A stretch of DNA of 64,000 nucleotides from a virus (taxonomy: Duplodnaviria > Caudoviricetes): IMG/VR virus record IMGVR_UViG_3300029288_000092, positions 1 to 64,000 of that record, one strand, 5' to 3'. Position 1 is the stretch's first letter, and every line of letters starts with the position of its first letter. The position numbers and the translations under genes are program-made. Below the pieces are notes generated by a model that ran no database searches, was not told the DNA's origin, and saw only the letters and a program-made list of their open reading frames with translations. Below are positions 19,685 to 30,153 of this stretch, piece after piece.

Positions 19685-22538
19685 TTACAGTCCCTTCATA
19701 TATACTAACATAACCAAGATCATATTCTGAAGTAATTGGTTTACACATAATTTCTATAAAATATTCCCCAGGTGGGAGATTATAAATAAAAAATTTTCCA
19801 CTATATATTGCAACATCTGAATCCTTTTTTATTCCATTAATAAATATATCAAAAGTATACGTATTTTGCAATATCGGATCAACAGCAATATGTACATATT
19901 TTCTCGTGGCCTCTACCACATCTAATTCATAATTTTTATTAGCACCTTTTACATATATATATTGTGATATACTGTTGGTAGAAAACCAACCAGGAGTTTT
20001 TGGATTTCCAGGATCCACAAATCTAACATAAAAATTTTTTGTTGTAAATATTTCAGACAAATAAGCATTATCTCGTAGTATTGTATTGGTTCCGTAAACA
20101 TAACCAAGGGAAGTCTGAAATCCGGTGTCTAAGTTATATCCCTCAGTTTCCCATGTTGCTTCAACATACCCTTGATGTGTGGGATTTTGTTTTATCTCCA
20201 AATTAATAAATCTTGGGTTTGTGGTTACCAGCTGTGTCTTTATTTCACTCCAGTTCGAATCTGATGTAGATTCCTTTACTGATATTCCAACTTCATATTC
20301 TATTCCACCCTGCAATAAATTTTCATAATAATATGTTGCTGGAGATACACTGTGGCTTGTTTCGGAATATAATTTTTGATTTAAATACCATCGGACATTA
20401 TAATTGCTATATGTACTACTAACGGAACATAAAATATCATTTTCATATGGTACCGCACTTTGAATGGAAAATAATGTTGGCTTACTCTGAGGCAATATGT
20501 CTGTGACAGATCTAACTATAATTTTGTTTCCATTATCTTCATAATATTCATCTATTTGATATTCTCCATATTTGTTGACATCAAATATTAATCTAGGCGA
20601 ACCATCTGTAAAATATTCGGTTGAATCTATGGTTATATCATATTTATAACTGTTATTTTCTTCGCCCCATACCAAATATCTATATTCTCCATCATCATAT
20701 AGTATAATCTCATCGTCTCCTAATAATTTCAATGTTTTTGTTGTTACGATATTACTCCATGGGCTATACACATCACCAGATAAATTAATTGATCTTACTT
20801 TGATAACATATTCAGTATTTAGATCTACAGTCAATTCATACCCAACATCATCACTATATGCCACACTTCCATTATAATTTATTTCATATCGATAAACATT
20901 TGTAGGACTATTCCATGAAAGAAGAATATTTGTTGAGGATACTCCTCTGACATCTAAATTTGTAGGAGTCCCATATATTGTGAATTCTTTGTATTCACTA
21001 AACGAACTTGATGATTCACTATTGTTTGTTGCAGTTATCATTACATTATAAAATTTATTTCTATCTAAATTTTCCAGTGCATATGTATTATTTTCTGTTT
21101 CATATGTATCTGTAATCCCATCATAAATAATTTTTAAAATATATTTTGTTGCGCCAGAAACAACATCCCAATTAAATTCCACAAAATTATCTATACCATC
21201 ATCTGACACATCAACAGTAAATCCAGTTATATTGTTAAGTGATGTTGTGATAGAAATATTAATACTATCATCACCTTCCCCACTTAAATTTACACCTTTA
21301 ACTTTTAATAAATAATCAGTATTTCCAATTAAATTTGTTATTGTATAATAATTATTTTCTATTTCGTCGGGATACCAACTATCGTTTAACGCAACCTTAT
21401 AATGCGTTGCAGTCTTCAATGGATCCCACCCAAGAATTAAATAATCATTACCTATTTCGGATACCTCAACATTCAATGGAGCTTCCATTAAAGTAGAAAC
21501 AGTTATAAAAGATTTCAGAGTTTCACTATCATTTTTATTACTATTTACCTCTACAGTATAAAATTCATCCGGTAATAAATCAGATATAGATATCCCCAAA
21601 TCAGTTATTTTATAAGCATATAAATTTCCATTTAAATAAACACTGTAACTATCAACATTTAAATCTTCATCCCATGATATATCCATACTATTTTTTGTTG
21701 TATTGGAAGCAACTAAATTTGTTGGAGAAGAATGGGAATACACAAATAAACTGAGTGAATAAAAACTTTCATAATTAGAATCTAAACTGGTGACCTTTAT
21801 TTCATTAAATGTGCCTTCGACCAATACTAACTCTGCACTGTTGGTATTCACTTGAATAGGACCATCTTCATTTAAGTATATTTTATAATATGGAACCCCC
21901 ATATCTGCCCATTCAATTTCGATAGATGTTGGAGTAAATGATTTTATTTTTAATTGTAATGGGGGGTTTGGTCTATTCCAATTTGTTTTAATTATTTTGC
22001 ACAATGTAGAATCCCCAGAATCGTTAACTGCAACAACATAAATAATACTTAAAGAATTATAATTTCTACCATCAATATCTATAGTTAAATTTGAAGTTGT
22101 TCCTAACAATTGAGAATCTGAATATATTTTATAAGATGAGGCACCGTTAACAGCACTCCACTCAATATGCATTATGTTATTTATAAAATATTTTTCTATA
22201 TTTTCTGTTGCTTCTGGAATTGTTAATTGATTTATATTAGCCCAATCACTTTCTCCAAATCCATTGAATGCTTTGACATAAAAATCATATTCATTTCCAC
22301 CACCCAATCCCAATATTTCTATTTCTGTTTCTGGAGTTGCGGTATATTCAACATCATCGATTTTTATTTTATATCCCCATGGTCTTCCATTGGATGGATC
22401 CCATTGTATATTACTATTATATGGCTCCGTTGAATCTGAAATTAAATTTCCAGGTATATTTGGAATTGGTTCGTTTCCGCCAAAACTTATAGGAAGTGGT
22501 AATTTTGAACCATTTACAAATGCAATTAAATTTTTCAT
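19650..22538 (-). CDS. Multi-fibronectin type III repeat virion protein
   Basis: Tandem P.NL...W......Y.I....L.....Y...V.A.N..G.S repeats. Confidence 0.85.
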   Translation of the reverse strand: MKNLIAFVNGSKLPLPISFGGNEPIPNIPGNLISDSTEPYNSNIQWDPSNGRPWGYKIKIDDVEYTATPETEIEILGLGGGNEYDFYVKAFNGFGESDWANINQLTIPEATENIEKYFINNIMHIEWSAVNGASSYKIYSDSQLLGTTSNLTIDIDGRNYNSLSIIYVVAVNDSGDSTLCKIIKTNWNRPNPPLQLKIKSFTPTSIEIEWADMGVPYYKIYLNEDGPIQVNTNSAELVLVEGTFNEIKVTSLDSNYESFYSLSLFVYSHSSPTNLVASNTTKNSMDISWDEDLNVDSYSVYLNGNLYAYKITDLGISISDLLPDEFYTVEVNSNKNDSETLKSFITVSTLMEAPLNVEVSEIGNDYLILGWDPLKTATHYKVALNDSWYPDEIENNYYTITNLIGNTDYLLKVKGVNLSGEGDDSINISITTSLNNITGFTVDVSDDGIDNFVEFNWDVVSGATKYILKIIYDGITDTYETENNTYALENLDRNKFYNVMITATNNSESSSSFSEYKEFTIYGTPTNLDVRGVSSTNILLSWNSPTNVYRYEINYNGSVAYSDDVGYELTVDLNTEYVIKVRSINLSGDVYSPWSNIVTTKTLKLLGDDEIILYDDGEYRYLVWGEENNSYKYDITIDSTEYFTDGSPRLIFDVNKYGEYQIDEYYEDNGNKIIVRSVTDILPQSKPTLFSIQSAVPYENDILCSVSSTYSNYNVRWYLNQKLYSETSHSVSPATYYYENLLQGGIEYEVGISVKESTSDSNWSEIKTQLVTTNPRFINLEIKQNPTHQGYVEATWETEGYNLDTGFQTSLGYVYGTNTILRDNAYLSEIFTTKNFYVRFVDPGNPKTPGWFSTNSISQYIYVKGANKNYELDVVEATRKYVHIAVDPILQNTYTFDIFINGIKKDSDVAIYSGKFFIYNLPPGEYFIEIMCKPITSEYDLGYVSIYEGTVIVPNEYTNNFI

Positions 22539-22551
22539 TTATATATCATCC

Positions 22552-23055
22552 TCAACTTATAAAATATGGTTCGCCAATATTCAAATGTATTCTGCTATTG
22601 ACATTAGTAGTGAAACCCAAATATAAACTTACCTTCCCAGAACTAGTTGGTGCTATATCGGTTATATCCCCAGAATCACTAAGATAAATAATTTTATTAC
22701 ATCCCAGTGCATGTATAATATCTATTGATCCGCAACTTATAATTTTTATTTCATCTGTTCCGTTTCCTGTTATACCATCCCCAATATACATCCCAATGAC
22801 ATTATATTTATTATCCACTGTGGTATTGCTTGCCTTAACAGCATACCCATTATTATCTATAGATATTAAATTATATTGACTTATAGTTTCACCAGATTTG
22901 AGAACATACCCTGGAACAATTCTATTTAAATCCAAAATCAACCCGGAGTTTCCTAATGCATCAATCAATGATCCATTCGGAATCATCAAAACATCAGTTG
23001 ATTTTAACTCTTCAAATTCTCCACCATATAGAATTAACGGTTTTTTATCGGCCAT
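22552..23055 (-). CDS. Putative fibre adaptor: MADKKPL N-module plus capsid-cement-like C-domain
   Basis: N-terminus matches 12703..16686 and 36907..40689. C-terminal SGETIS..AVKA..VIG..YLSDSG.IT..APT..LG matches the C-termini of 30330, 45937 and 50324. Confidence 0.65.
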   Translation of the reverse strand: MADKKPLILYGGEFEELKSTDVLMIPNGSLIDALGNSGLILDLNRIVPGYVLKSGETISQYNLISIDNNGYAVKASNTTVDNKYNVIGMYIGDGITGNGTDEIKIISCGSIDIIHALGCNKIIYLSDSGDITDIAPTSSGKVSLYLGFTTNVNSRIHLNIGEPYFIS

Positions 23056-23179
23056 TTATTCCTCCAGAATATAAACACAAAATATTCTTGTTATTTATTT
23101 TTGTTCAAAAAAAAATAATAAATGAAATTGATGAAAAAGGGATAGATCAAATATTAATCTATCCCGTATATGAAAGAAA

Positions 23180-24193
23180 TTAATCTAAGAGTTGAAGAGT
23201 TGATTTGAGAAGCTGTCTACAATTCTTATTTCCTATTGCAACAGCAGCAATTTCAGATGGAATATATAATTCCTGGAATGTGAAACTTCTATCAGAATAT
23301 TGTGAACCGACATTCATTTTATCATATGTATTTGCCATTGTTTGAATAGTATCCCTAACCTGTGGATATTGAATGAGGCTATATAATTTATTTGAATTTG
23401 TAAATGCATTGTATACAATAGTATAAAGAACATCAAAGCATAATTCAAGTTTATCTTCCATGGACGAATTATTATCGGATAAAAATCTATATAACGCTGT
23501 TTTATGTTTTGTTGAATACATTTTCAGCACCGAGGTATATACTGTATTTATTTCCTTGGGTGTTATTAATTTTTTATCAACTTCTTTTAATGTCTTTAAA
23601 TAATATTTTATAATAACGTTTTTAATATCAACTTTGTTTTGTGGTGTTAATGTTTTCCCAGTGAATAATTTATATTGATTTTCAAAGAATTTGCCATAAA
23701 AATCAACAAAGAAATTTCCCCAAACTTTATAAAAATCATTTAATTCATTTGCAGCTGCGTAATGCATCAATTCATGAAAAACTGTATATGCCATATTCTC
23801 ATCTTTTATCCAGCTAAAAATATTGGCTTCGTTTGTTAAAATTAAATAAACTTTATTATCTGTGGACATATAATATGCAAAAACAAATCTCTTCTCTGCA
23901 TCAGTCTTTATCATCAATTCATCCAAGATAAAATAATAAACTTTTGATAATGCAGCTCTAAAAAATCCTTTATTTAAAACAACCGGAATAATAACATTTT
24001 CATTTAATAATTTTTCTGCTAATGGAGAAACACTTTTAAATGAAGACACGTTAATTGCTTTAAGAATAAATTTTTTCAATTTATCAGAAGTATATCCTTC
24101 TAATTCTCCTTGAAATAATTTAACTGGTTGAAGATCACCATAATTAAAAAGGAAACTTTCCCTTAAAACTGGGGTTCCAAAAAAATCTTCCAT
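23180..24193 (-). CDS. Putative zinc metallopeptidase
   Basis: HEXXH motif TVFHELMHY and a distal QELYIPSE candidate third ligand; GGAGG RBS. Confidence 0.6.
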   Translation of the reverse strand: MEDFFGTPVLRESFLFNYGDLQPVKLFQGELEGYTSDKLKKFILKAINVSSFKSVSPLAEKLLNENVIIPVVLNKGFFRAALSKVYYFILDELMIKTDAEKRFVFAYYMSTDNKVYLILTNEANIFSWIKDENMAYTVFHELMHYAAANELNDFYKVWGNFFVDFYGKFFENQYKLFTGKTLTPQNKVDIKNVIIKYYLKTLKEVDKKLITPKEINTVYTSVLKMYSTKHKTALYRFLSDNNSSMEDKLELCFDVLYTIVYNAFTNSNKLYSLIQYPQVRDTIQTMANTYDKMNVGSQYSDRSFTFQELYIPSEIAAVAIGNKNCRQLLKSTLQLLD

Positions 24194-24205
24194 TAAAATC
24201 CTCCA

Positions 24206-25840
24206 CTATTTAAACAGTTTATCGATTGTATCTATATCTATATTATCTGGATCATCTTCTGTATTGACTTCCGTATTATTTATTGTTTCAATATCAGCTT
24301 CACCATTGGCAAACATTTTATTCATGAACTGTATTTCTTCTATTGTTAAATTTGCATCCTCAAGTAGATTGAAACAATAAACATAACAACCCAAACCAAG
24401 TGCCATAACCAAATCATCCAAAGTCCTATTTCCATGTTTTATTTTATCATTAGAATTAGATCTAACCAAACCTAATAATTGCAATCCCAATTCCTGACAT
24501 CTAATTTCTTTATATTTATCTTTCACATATGAGAGCATAGAATCAATAATTAATGGTCTGGTAAAAGGAGTTGTGGCTATACCAGCTCTTTTGGTTTCTT
24601 TATTTTTGTTATCCTTTGTATAATAAATCTTTTTTTCATACTTTGGAATAATGGTCAATTCTTCTATAACATGGTCACCATAGCTATTATTTTCAATAAT
24701 TAAATATGATGTCAAATAAATATCTGATAATTTTTTAACCAATTCAGCAAGAAACTGAACTCTTAAATTTCCAGTATAAGAAGCACATATTTTTAAAGAA
24801 AACCTATCCAATACTAATATTGCTGATTTACATGCCCCTGCTTCGGATGCAGTATCAACACATATCATATATTTTTTTATCGGGTTAAAATCTTCAAATA
24901 TTTTTACTTCAACTTCTAGTTTGGGAATTAAAACATCTTCTTCCCTTTTCAATTCTAATTCTATTTTTCTTAAATCATATTTTGGGAAATTTTTATCATC
25001 TTGTAACCACATCTGAATATCTTTATTAAATATTGAATCTGATGATGAAATAAATTTCATCTCAAGTTCTTGATCTATTTTATCCTGATCCCAATTTGCC
25101 AATTCACATTGGTGTTGATACCATTCGTTGTTTAATCCTTCTATATCTCTCCAGTAAATCTCAACAAGTTTATATGCATTTTTTCCAACCTTAGAGTTGG
25201 AATACATATCGAAATACCATTTTCCAATTCCAACTGTTTTATTTGGAGTTGATATGATAAAAATTCCATATGGAATTCCATTTGCTTTAGCAACTTGTTG
25301 ATTTTTTGAAACAGCTGGAATCATCCCAGTATATGCATCATTTATATAGTCAATAAATGCAGCTTCATCTATAACCAAAATTGTTATAGATTTTCCTCTC
25401 AAGCACGCGGTTGGTTTATGAGCATTGACACATGATGCAACAACTCTAGATCCATTCGTTAATTGAATATCCTGTTCCAATTGTTTCTTGAATTTTGGTC
25501 TTATCCATTCTGGGAGATTAGCTATCATTTCTTTTATTTTTTTAACAAAATCAGTCGCTTCTGGTCCATCCTTAGATATGACACCCACAGTGACATTTGA
25601 ATACAGTACTATACAGGAAACTATGATTGCCTGAACAATTGTTGAAATTCCAATTTGTCTAGATTTTATAAATAAAAGATTGTGTAAATTTGTAAAATCA
25701 TCTATAACTTCGAACTGTCTTTTGTATGGTTGAAATTTGACAGCACCACCTGGCAATTCTAGATATATATTATCAGATATAAATTTTTTTAAATCTTGTC
25801 TATATTCAAATATCTTTTTTATCTTTTCATTGTTTGTCAT
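24206..25840 (-). CDS. terL: Terminase large subunit (T4 gp17-like)
   Basis: Q-motif (PYKRQ), Walker A KSRQIGIST, Walker B ILVIDEAAF, coupling motif ISTPN, nuclease motifs CVDTA / IENN / DDLVMA. Confidence 0.95.
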   Translation of the reverse strand: MTNNEKIKKIFEYRQDLKKFISDNIYLELPGGAVKFQPYKRQFEVIDDFTNLHNLLFIKSRQIGISTIVQAIIVSCIVLYSNVTVGVISKDGPEATDFVKKIKEMIANLPEWIRPKFKKQLEQDIQLTNGSRVVASCVNAHKPTACLRGKSITILVIDEAAFIDYINDAYTGMIPAVSKNQQVAKANGIPYGIFIISTPNKTVGIGKWYFDMYSNSKVGKNAYKLVEIYWRDIEGLNNEWYQHQCELANWDQDKIDQELEMKFISSSDSIFNKDIQMWLQDDKNFPKYDLRKIELELKREEDVLIPKLEVEVKIFEDFNPIKKYMICVDTASEAGACKSAILVLDRFSLKICASYTGNLRVQFLAELVKKLSDIYLTSYLIIENNSYGDHVIEELTIIPKYEKKIYYTKDNKNKETKRAGIATTPFTRPLIIDSMLSYVKDKYKEIRCQELGLQLLGLVRSNSNDKIKHGNRTLDDLVMALGLGCYVYCFNLLEDANLTIEEIQFMNKMFANGEADIETINNTEVNTEDDPDNIDIDTIDKLFK

Positions 25841-27129
25841 CCTGTTTGTGTTGTCCCTTTCTCTTTATAATTTACGTTTGCTCTGTGCAATTTCATTATA
25901 TTTCTCTGATACCATCCTTCGGTATTTAATTTTCCAACCATAGAAACAAATGATTCTAATAAATACATCCCAATTAATTCTTGTTTTTGGGCATTATCAT
26001 CTGTCGGATTCCAATATACAACATATCCAGGAATTAATTTATCCCAATCTATGTATCCATGGTGATCAAATAATAATTCATTATTCTTTTTGAATTGTTT
26101 AAAAAACCAATTCTTGGTGTAATAATCTGTTTGATCAAATCCAGTGTGCTCGATATATAAATTAAATCTATCTGCTTTTTTAAATAAAGCAGGAACTGGA
26201 ATTTTTGCAATCTTATCCTCAAAACAAGCATCTTCAATTAATTTATCTAAATTATTATCAAAAACTTTATAAATATCATCAGTTGGTTTACTCACGAAAT
26301 GATAATGATATGGATTTATTAACGAATAAGCCATTCTATCATCTCTAAATCCAAGGTCAGTAAACCCATAAAATTTATTATCCACATTTGCATCTGCATT
26401 CCATGATATGATATCCTGCCCATTGCTGCTATCAATATTGCTCTGTCTATGGGTGACTGTTGAAATTCTGATATGTTCTTTATTGAATTTAGAAGGACAA
26501 AATATTTTACATTTAGAATCTTTATCATCGGTGAACCAGCAATATGCAGCAGATTCTTTATATATTGAAAAATAATAATCTAAATATCTGATTGACCTAT
26601 AAAAACTCATTGGTGGAATTATAACTTGTTTAATTTTTTCAGAATTAATTGTTCCATTTCCTTCAAATTCAACATTTGATTTTTCACCAATATCCTTAAT
26701 AATTTCATTAATTTTTTTTTCTTCAAATATTCTGTTGAGTGGCATAGTGGAATTATAATATGCCTTTAGGGGAATTGCATAAATAACATATGGGAGCATA
26801 TATCTTGAAGAAGCTTTATCTCCCTCAAGTGCAACTGCTTTTGACATAGACTTAGAATCTAATGTTATCAATTTCATTTCTTTTTGTTTTCTAGAATTTT
26901 GTTTGCTAGAAAAATAATATTCTAATTTTATATCAAATATTGGTCTAGTTCTAAATTCTTCTTGAAATAATTTAACAACTTCATGAAGAATATCAAAATG
27001 TAATTTATAAATAGTATACGGAGCACTTGGGTTTCTAAATATAGTTATATCGGTGAGATATTTTCCATAATCTATTTTATCAACTATACACTCAATATCT
27101 ATTCCAAATGCGCCTTTAATATCCTGCAT
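25837..27129 (-). CDS. Hypothetical virion protein (possibly baseplate hub-like)
   Basis: 430 aa, translationally coupled to terL; only weak resemblance to hub proteins (QVIIPPM...IRYL). Confidence 0.4.
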   Translation of the reverse strand: MQDIKGAFGIDIECIVDKIDYGKYLTDITIFRNPSAPYTIYKLHFDILHEVVKLFQEEFRTRPIFDIKLEYYFSSKQNSRKQKEMKLITLDSKSMSKAVALEGDKASSRYMLPYVIYAIPLKAYYNSTMPLNRIFEEKKINEIIKDIGEKSNVEFEGNGTINSEKIKQVIIPPMSFYRSIRYLDYYFSIYKESAAYCWFTDDKDSKCKIFCPSKFNKEHIRISTVTHRQSNIDSSNGQDIISWNADANVDNKFYGFTDLGFRDDRMAYSLINPYHYHFVSKPTDDIYKVFDNNLDKLIEDACFEDKIAKIPVPALFKKADRFNLYIEHTGFDQTDYYTKNWFFKQFKKNNELLFDHHGYIDWDKLIPGYVVYWNPTDDNAQKQELIGMYLLESFVSMVGKLNTEGWYQRNIMKLHRANVNYKEKGTTQTG

Positions 27130-27138
27130 TGTATCTCC

Positions 27139-27903
27139 TTAAATAGTTTCCATCATTAGTCCCTGATAAAAGCCTTCCAGATGATTCTTAAAATAAAAAG
27201 ATCTATTTATATCCATTGTCTTGAAATTTATTTTATCTGGTTGTTTAATTTTAATTTTGTCAGTATTCAATATAAATAAATATGATTCATCATCCTGTGG
27301 TATAGCAAATAATTTCCAGTTATCACAATTAAAATAATCTTTTCTCATAATATTTAATGTTTTTGATATCACATTCAATTTTAAAGTTAATATTTTTTTA
27401 GAATATTTACCAACAAATTCTTCTAACCCAATTGTTTTTTGTGGTATTCCTTTTATAATAACTTTATTATCAACGAACATCATGTAGGCTTGCTTTCTAG
27501 TATATGATCTTATAATGACATCGAATTTTTCTCTCAATTCTGGTTGGAATTCTAGATTATCTTTTTCTATAAATTTTTTTATTGCAAGACCATCTCTCTC
27601 CACCATTATAATATCATCAATCAATATATTATTTAAATTGACAAAATTGGTTATTATTTTTTTAGTGAATGACTGACAAAGGGTTAATAAATTTCTATCT
27701 TTAAATATTTCTCTTCCAATATACATGTTTCTTTCTAATTTGTTAGAAAAGGCCGGAACCTGGATTCCAACCTTTTCCAATATTCTTGGATAACATTCTT
27801 TTACATCATAAAAAAATATATCTCTTGTTATGAACGGTTGATTTTCATTATAAAAAAAATCACCAAAATTCATATTATATTTACTCCTTGGAAGTTTCCT
27901 CAA
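27139..27903 (-). CDS. Family B DNA polymerase-like polypeptide (split-polymerase piece)
   Basis: YDVKECYP (motif A-like), ERDG (motif C-like) and IIKG in only 254 aa; split PolBs are known in jumbo phages. Start is GTG after AGGAG or an internal ATG. Confidence 0.55.
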   Translation of the reverse strand: MRKLPRSKYNMNFGDFFYNENQPFITRDIFFYDVKECYPRILEKVGIQVPAFSNKLERNMYIGREIFKDRNLLTLCQSFTKKIITNFVNLNNILIDDIIMVERDGLAIKKFIEKDNLEFQPELREKFDVIIRSYTRKQAYMMFVDNKVIIKGIPQKTIGLEEFVGKYSKKILTLKLNVISKTLNIMRKDYFNCDNWKLFAIPQDDESYLFILNTDKIKIKQPDKINFKTMDINRSFYFKNHLEGFYQGLMMETI

Positions 27904-28933
27904 TAGTATTTAATTCTATTTCTTCTGATTTCAATTCAACACTTTTAGATTCCAATGTTTTGTTTTCTTCATTTTGAATTTGTGCTGGATCAATTTTATT
28001 AAGATTAAAATGTTCACATATTTTTTCAGTTAATTTTTCTACATTAAAAGCCTTCATACATTTATAATTATATTTGCATTTCCATCCCGGAATAGGTGCA
28101 TTTATAATTCCATTGCATGGGGATTCATCACATTCTGAATTTCTAACATGTAAAACTCCAGGATACTGATACCCAAGAGCATTAGCATCAGTCCTACCCC
28201 ATACAACAAAAGCAGGTTTTCTGAATGCAGCTGCCATATGATGTCCGCAACTATCAATTCCTAAAAATCCATCTGCCATTGCTATAGTTGCCATCCAATA
28301 TCTAAAATGCAATTGTTCTTTTGTTAATAGAGTATTCTTTTGAACATTAACCACTGGCTGATCTGCATCTTTCATAATTAGCATTACGCATTTATCACTA
28401 ATTTTATTCATCAATTCATTAAATAATAAAATATTTTCTCTTCCACTTGGAAGAAAAACAGAACTACTTTCTTCTTTTTGCATTCTGCCAACATATTGAA
28501 CAATTAATATTGGTAGTCCATTGGTTTGAGTTTTAATATCCAATAATTTCTTGTGCGCAACAGAAATCAATTCATCATCCAAATATATTTCTGGAAAATA
28601 ATTTCCATCAAATTCTATTTGCCATGCTTCACAAAATGATTCTGTTAAATGTTTTCCATCGTGTCTATATGAATCAAGATGATATGGATTTTCAATTAAC
28701 AGTGTTGATTTTTTTGCATAATCTTCATACATATGTCTGTATTCATTAAATCTCAATGTCCTATAGACATGTGGATTTAAATCATAAACTTCTGGCCATC
28801 CGGATAAAACTATTATTTTTTTATCTGGATATGCTTTCTTTAAACATCTAACTGCTGCTGTCGAGGCAATAACCTTACCTAAACCACCGTCAATACTAAC
28901 AATTAAATATTCAGTATTTTTAGAAATATTCAT
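27881..28933 (-). CDS. Glycosyltransferase family 9 (heptosyltransferase-like)
   Basis: GGLGKVIAST..R.LKK.YP..KI, NPHV, and ADGFLGIDSC.HHMAAAF.KP..VVWG motifs; C-terminal C..C....C...C cluster. Confidence 0.85.
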   Translation of the reverse strand: MNISKNTEYLIVSIDGGLGKVIASTAAVRCLKKAYPDKKIIVLSGWPEVYDLNPHVYRTLRFNEYRHMYEDYAKKSTLLIENPYHLDSYRHDGKHLTESFCEAWQIEFDGNYFPEIYLDDELISVAHKKLLDIKTQTNGLPILIVQYVGRMQKEESSSVFLPSGRENILLFNELMNKISDKCVMLIMKDADQPVVNVQKNTLLTKEQLHFRYWMATIAMADGFLGIDSCGHHMAAAFRKPAFVVWGRTDANALGYQYPGVLHVRNSECDESPCNGIINAPIPGWKCKYNYKCMKAFNVEKLTEKICEHFNLNKIDPAQIQNEENKTLESKSVELKSEEIELNTIEETSKE

Positions 28934-28976
28934 TTAAAATCTCCTCCTATTTTTTGTTTGTTGAACCTCCCCACGG

Positions 28977-30029
28977 CTAAAGCCGGGGGATTCCTGTAGA
29001 GAGGCTCGTTCCGAGCCCAAGTTTAAGAACCTGCTTGGCGGAGTTTATATCTCTGTCATGCTGTGCCCCACAAGCACTGCAGTTCCAAACTCTTACCGCA
29101 AGCCCACTCAATCCGGTGGGTCCGGTTAAGGATCCGCAGGATGAACAGGTCATGGTGGTTTGAAATGAGCTAACTGGAACTACCATTCTACCGCAGTTAC
29201 TGCCCTTGTAGGTGATAAAATCAATTAGTTGTTTTAAACCAGCTTCGGCGACTGACTTTCCGAATTTAGCAGCCATTCCTTTGAAGTTGTCGTCAGAATA
29301 GTATATGGTTGCATAGTTTTCTATAATCCATCGAGAAATCTTATGATTTCTATCTTTCCGTCTATTTGCTTGTCGTTCCTGTAATCTAGCAGCCAATTTC
29401 TTTCTTTTTCCTTTCTGCGCCTGGGCTAACCCGTGCGCGCCTTTCCGAAGTTCTCTCGGATTTTCTATCTTAGTGCCATCCGAAAGAGTTAGCAAAGTAG
29501 AGAATCCAGGATCAATTCCAATTGCGTTGGATGTCTTCTTAACAGGGAATGTATGGTTCGTATCCAGCCATAAACATAGATACCAACCAGATGATTTCTT
29601 AATGATTCTTCCACATTTAATATCAGCGGGTGGCAATTCTTGTTTATGATATCTAATTTTTCCCAATCCAAGAATACTAATTTTGTTAGCAACTGGGGCT
29701 TTGAATTTGTCCGGAAACGGAATAGAATTAAGTTTATTCCTCATTCCTTTAAGATGAGGCTTCTTAGCAATCTTTTTGAAACATCTGGTCCAAGCATTAT
29801 GAACCTGCACCAGAATTCCTTGTATAATATGTGATGGAATTCCAATCTTTTTCCCATGACCGGCAAGCAGGTTCTGGAATGACATTTTGGAAAAGAATAT
29901 TTTGTTCTGGGCATTGCATTCAATTTTTCGTAAACCCCAATTATATACCCCAGTTAGGATATTGAGCCAATCCAGGAGTTGTGCTTCCTGTTTTTTAGTT
30001 GGTTTGAGTTTAAGTGTACGAACTATCAT
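28977..30029 (-). CDS. tnpB: TnpB RNA-guided nuclease homolog, RuvC-II Glu apparently absent
   Basis: N-terminal LKLKPTKKQ, RuvC-I GIDPG, Zn ribbon CSSC/CSAC, RuvC-III HDRDINSA. YYSDDNF stands where the canonical protein has IIEDLNV. Confidence 0.9.
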   Translation of the reverse strand: MIVRTLKLKPTKKQEAQLLDWLNILTGVYNWGLRKIECNAQNKIFFSKMSFQNLLAGHGKKIGIPSHIIQGILVQVHNAWTRCFKKIAKKPHLKGMRNKLNSIPFPDKFKAPVANKISILGLGKIRYHKQELPPADIKCGRIIKKSSGWYLCLWLDTNHTFPVKKTSNAIGIDPGFSTLLTLSDGTKIENPRELRKGAHGLAQAQKGKRKKLAARLQERQANRRKDRNHKISRWIIENYATIYYSDDNFKGMAAKFGKSVAEAGLKQLIDFITYKGSNCGRMVVPVSSFQTTMTCSSCGSLTGPTGLSGLAVRVWNCSACGAQHDRDINSAKQVLKLGLGTSLSTGIPRL

Positions 30030-30045
30030 TTATTTCTCTGTTATT

Positions 30046-30153
30046 TCACGTATTGATTAATGATGAGGAATGGATAACTTCTAGACTCAGATTTTCCAAT
30101 TTCCTCCACTGAAATTTATTGGGATATATTCTATATTTGAATGTTTTTATCAT
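30046..30153 (-). pseudogene. 35-aa N-terminal stub of a second TnpB
   Basis: Manual translation MIKTFKYRIYPNKFQWRKLENL... with AAGGAG RBS; FKYRIYP..Q is the canonical TnpB/OrfB N-terminus. Confidence 0.75.

Noticed and set aside
28941-28960. TnpB guide as a global repressor of all GAACAAAAAT promoters
   Set aside because: The other promoter copies mismatch the first seed bases and lack the inferred TTTAT TAM.
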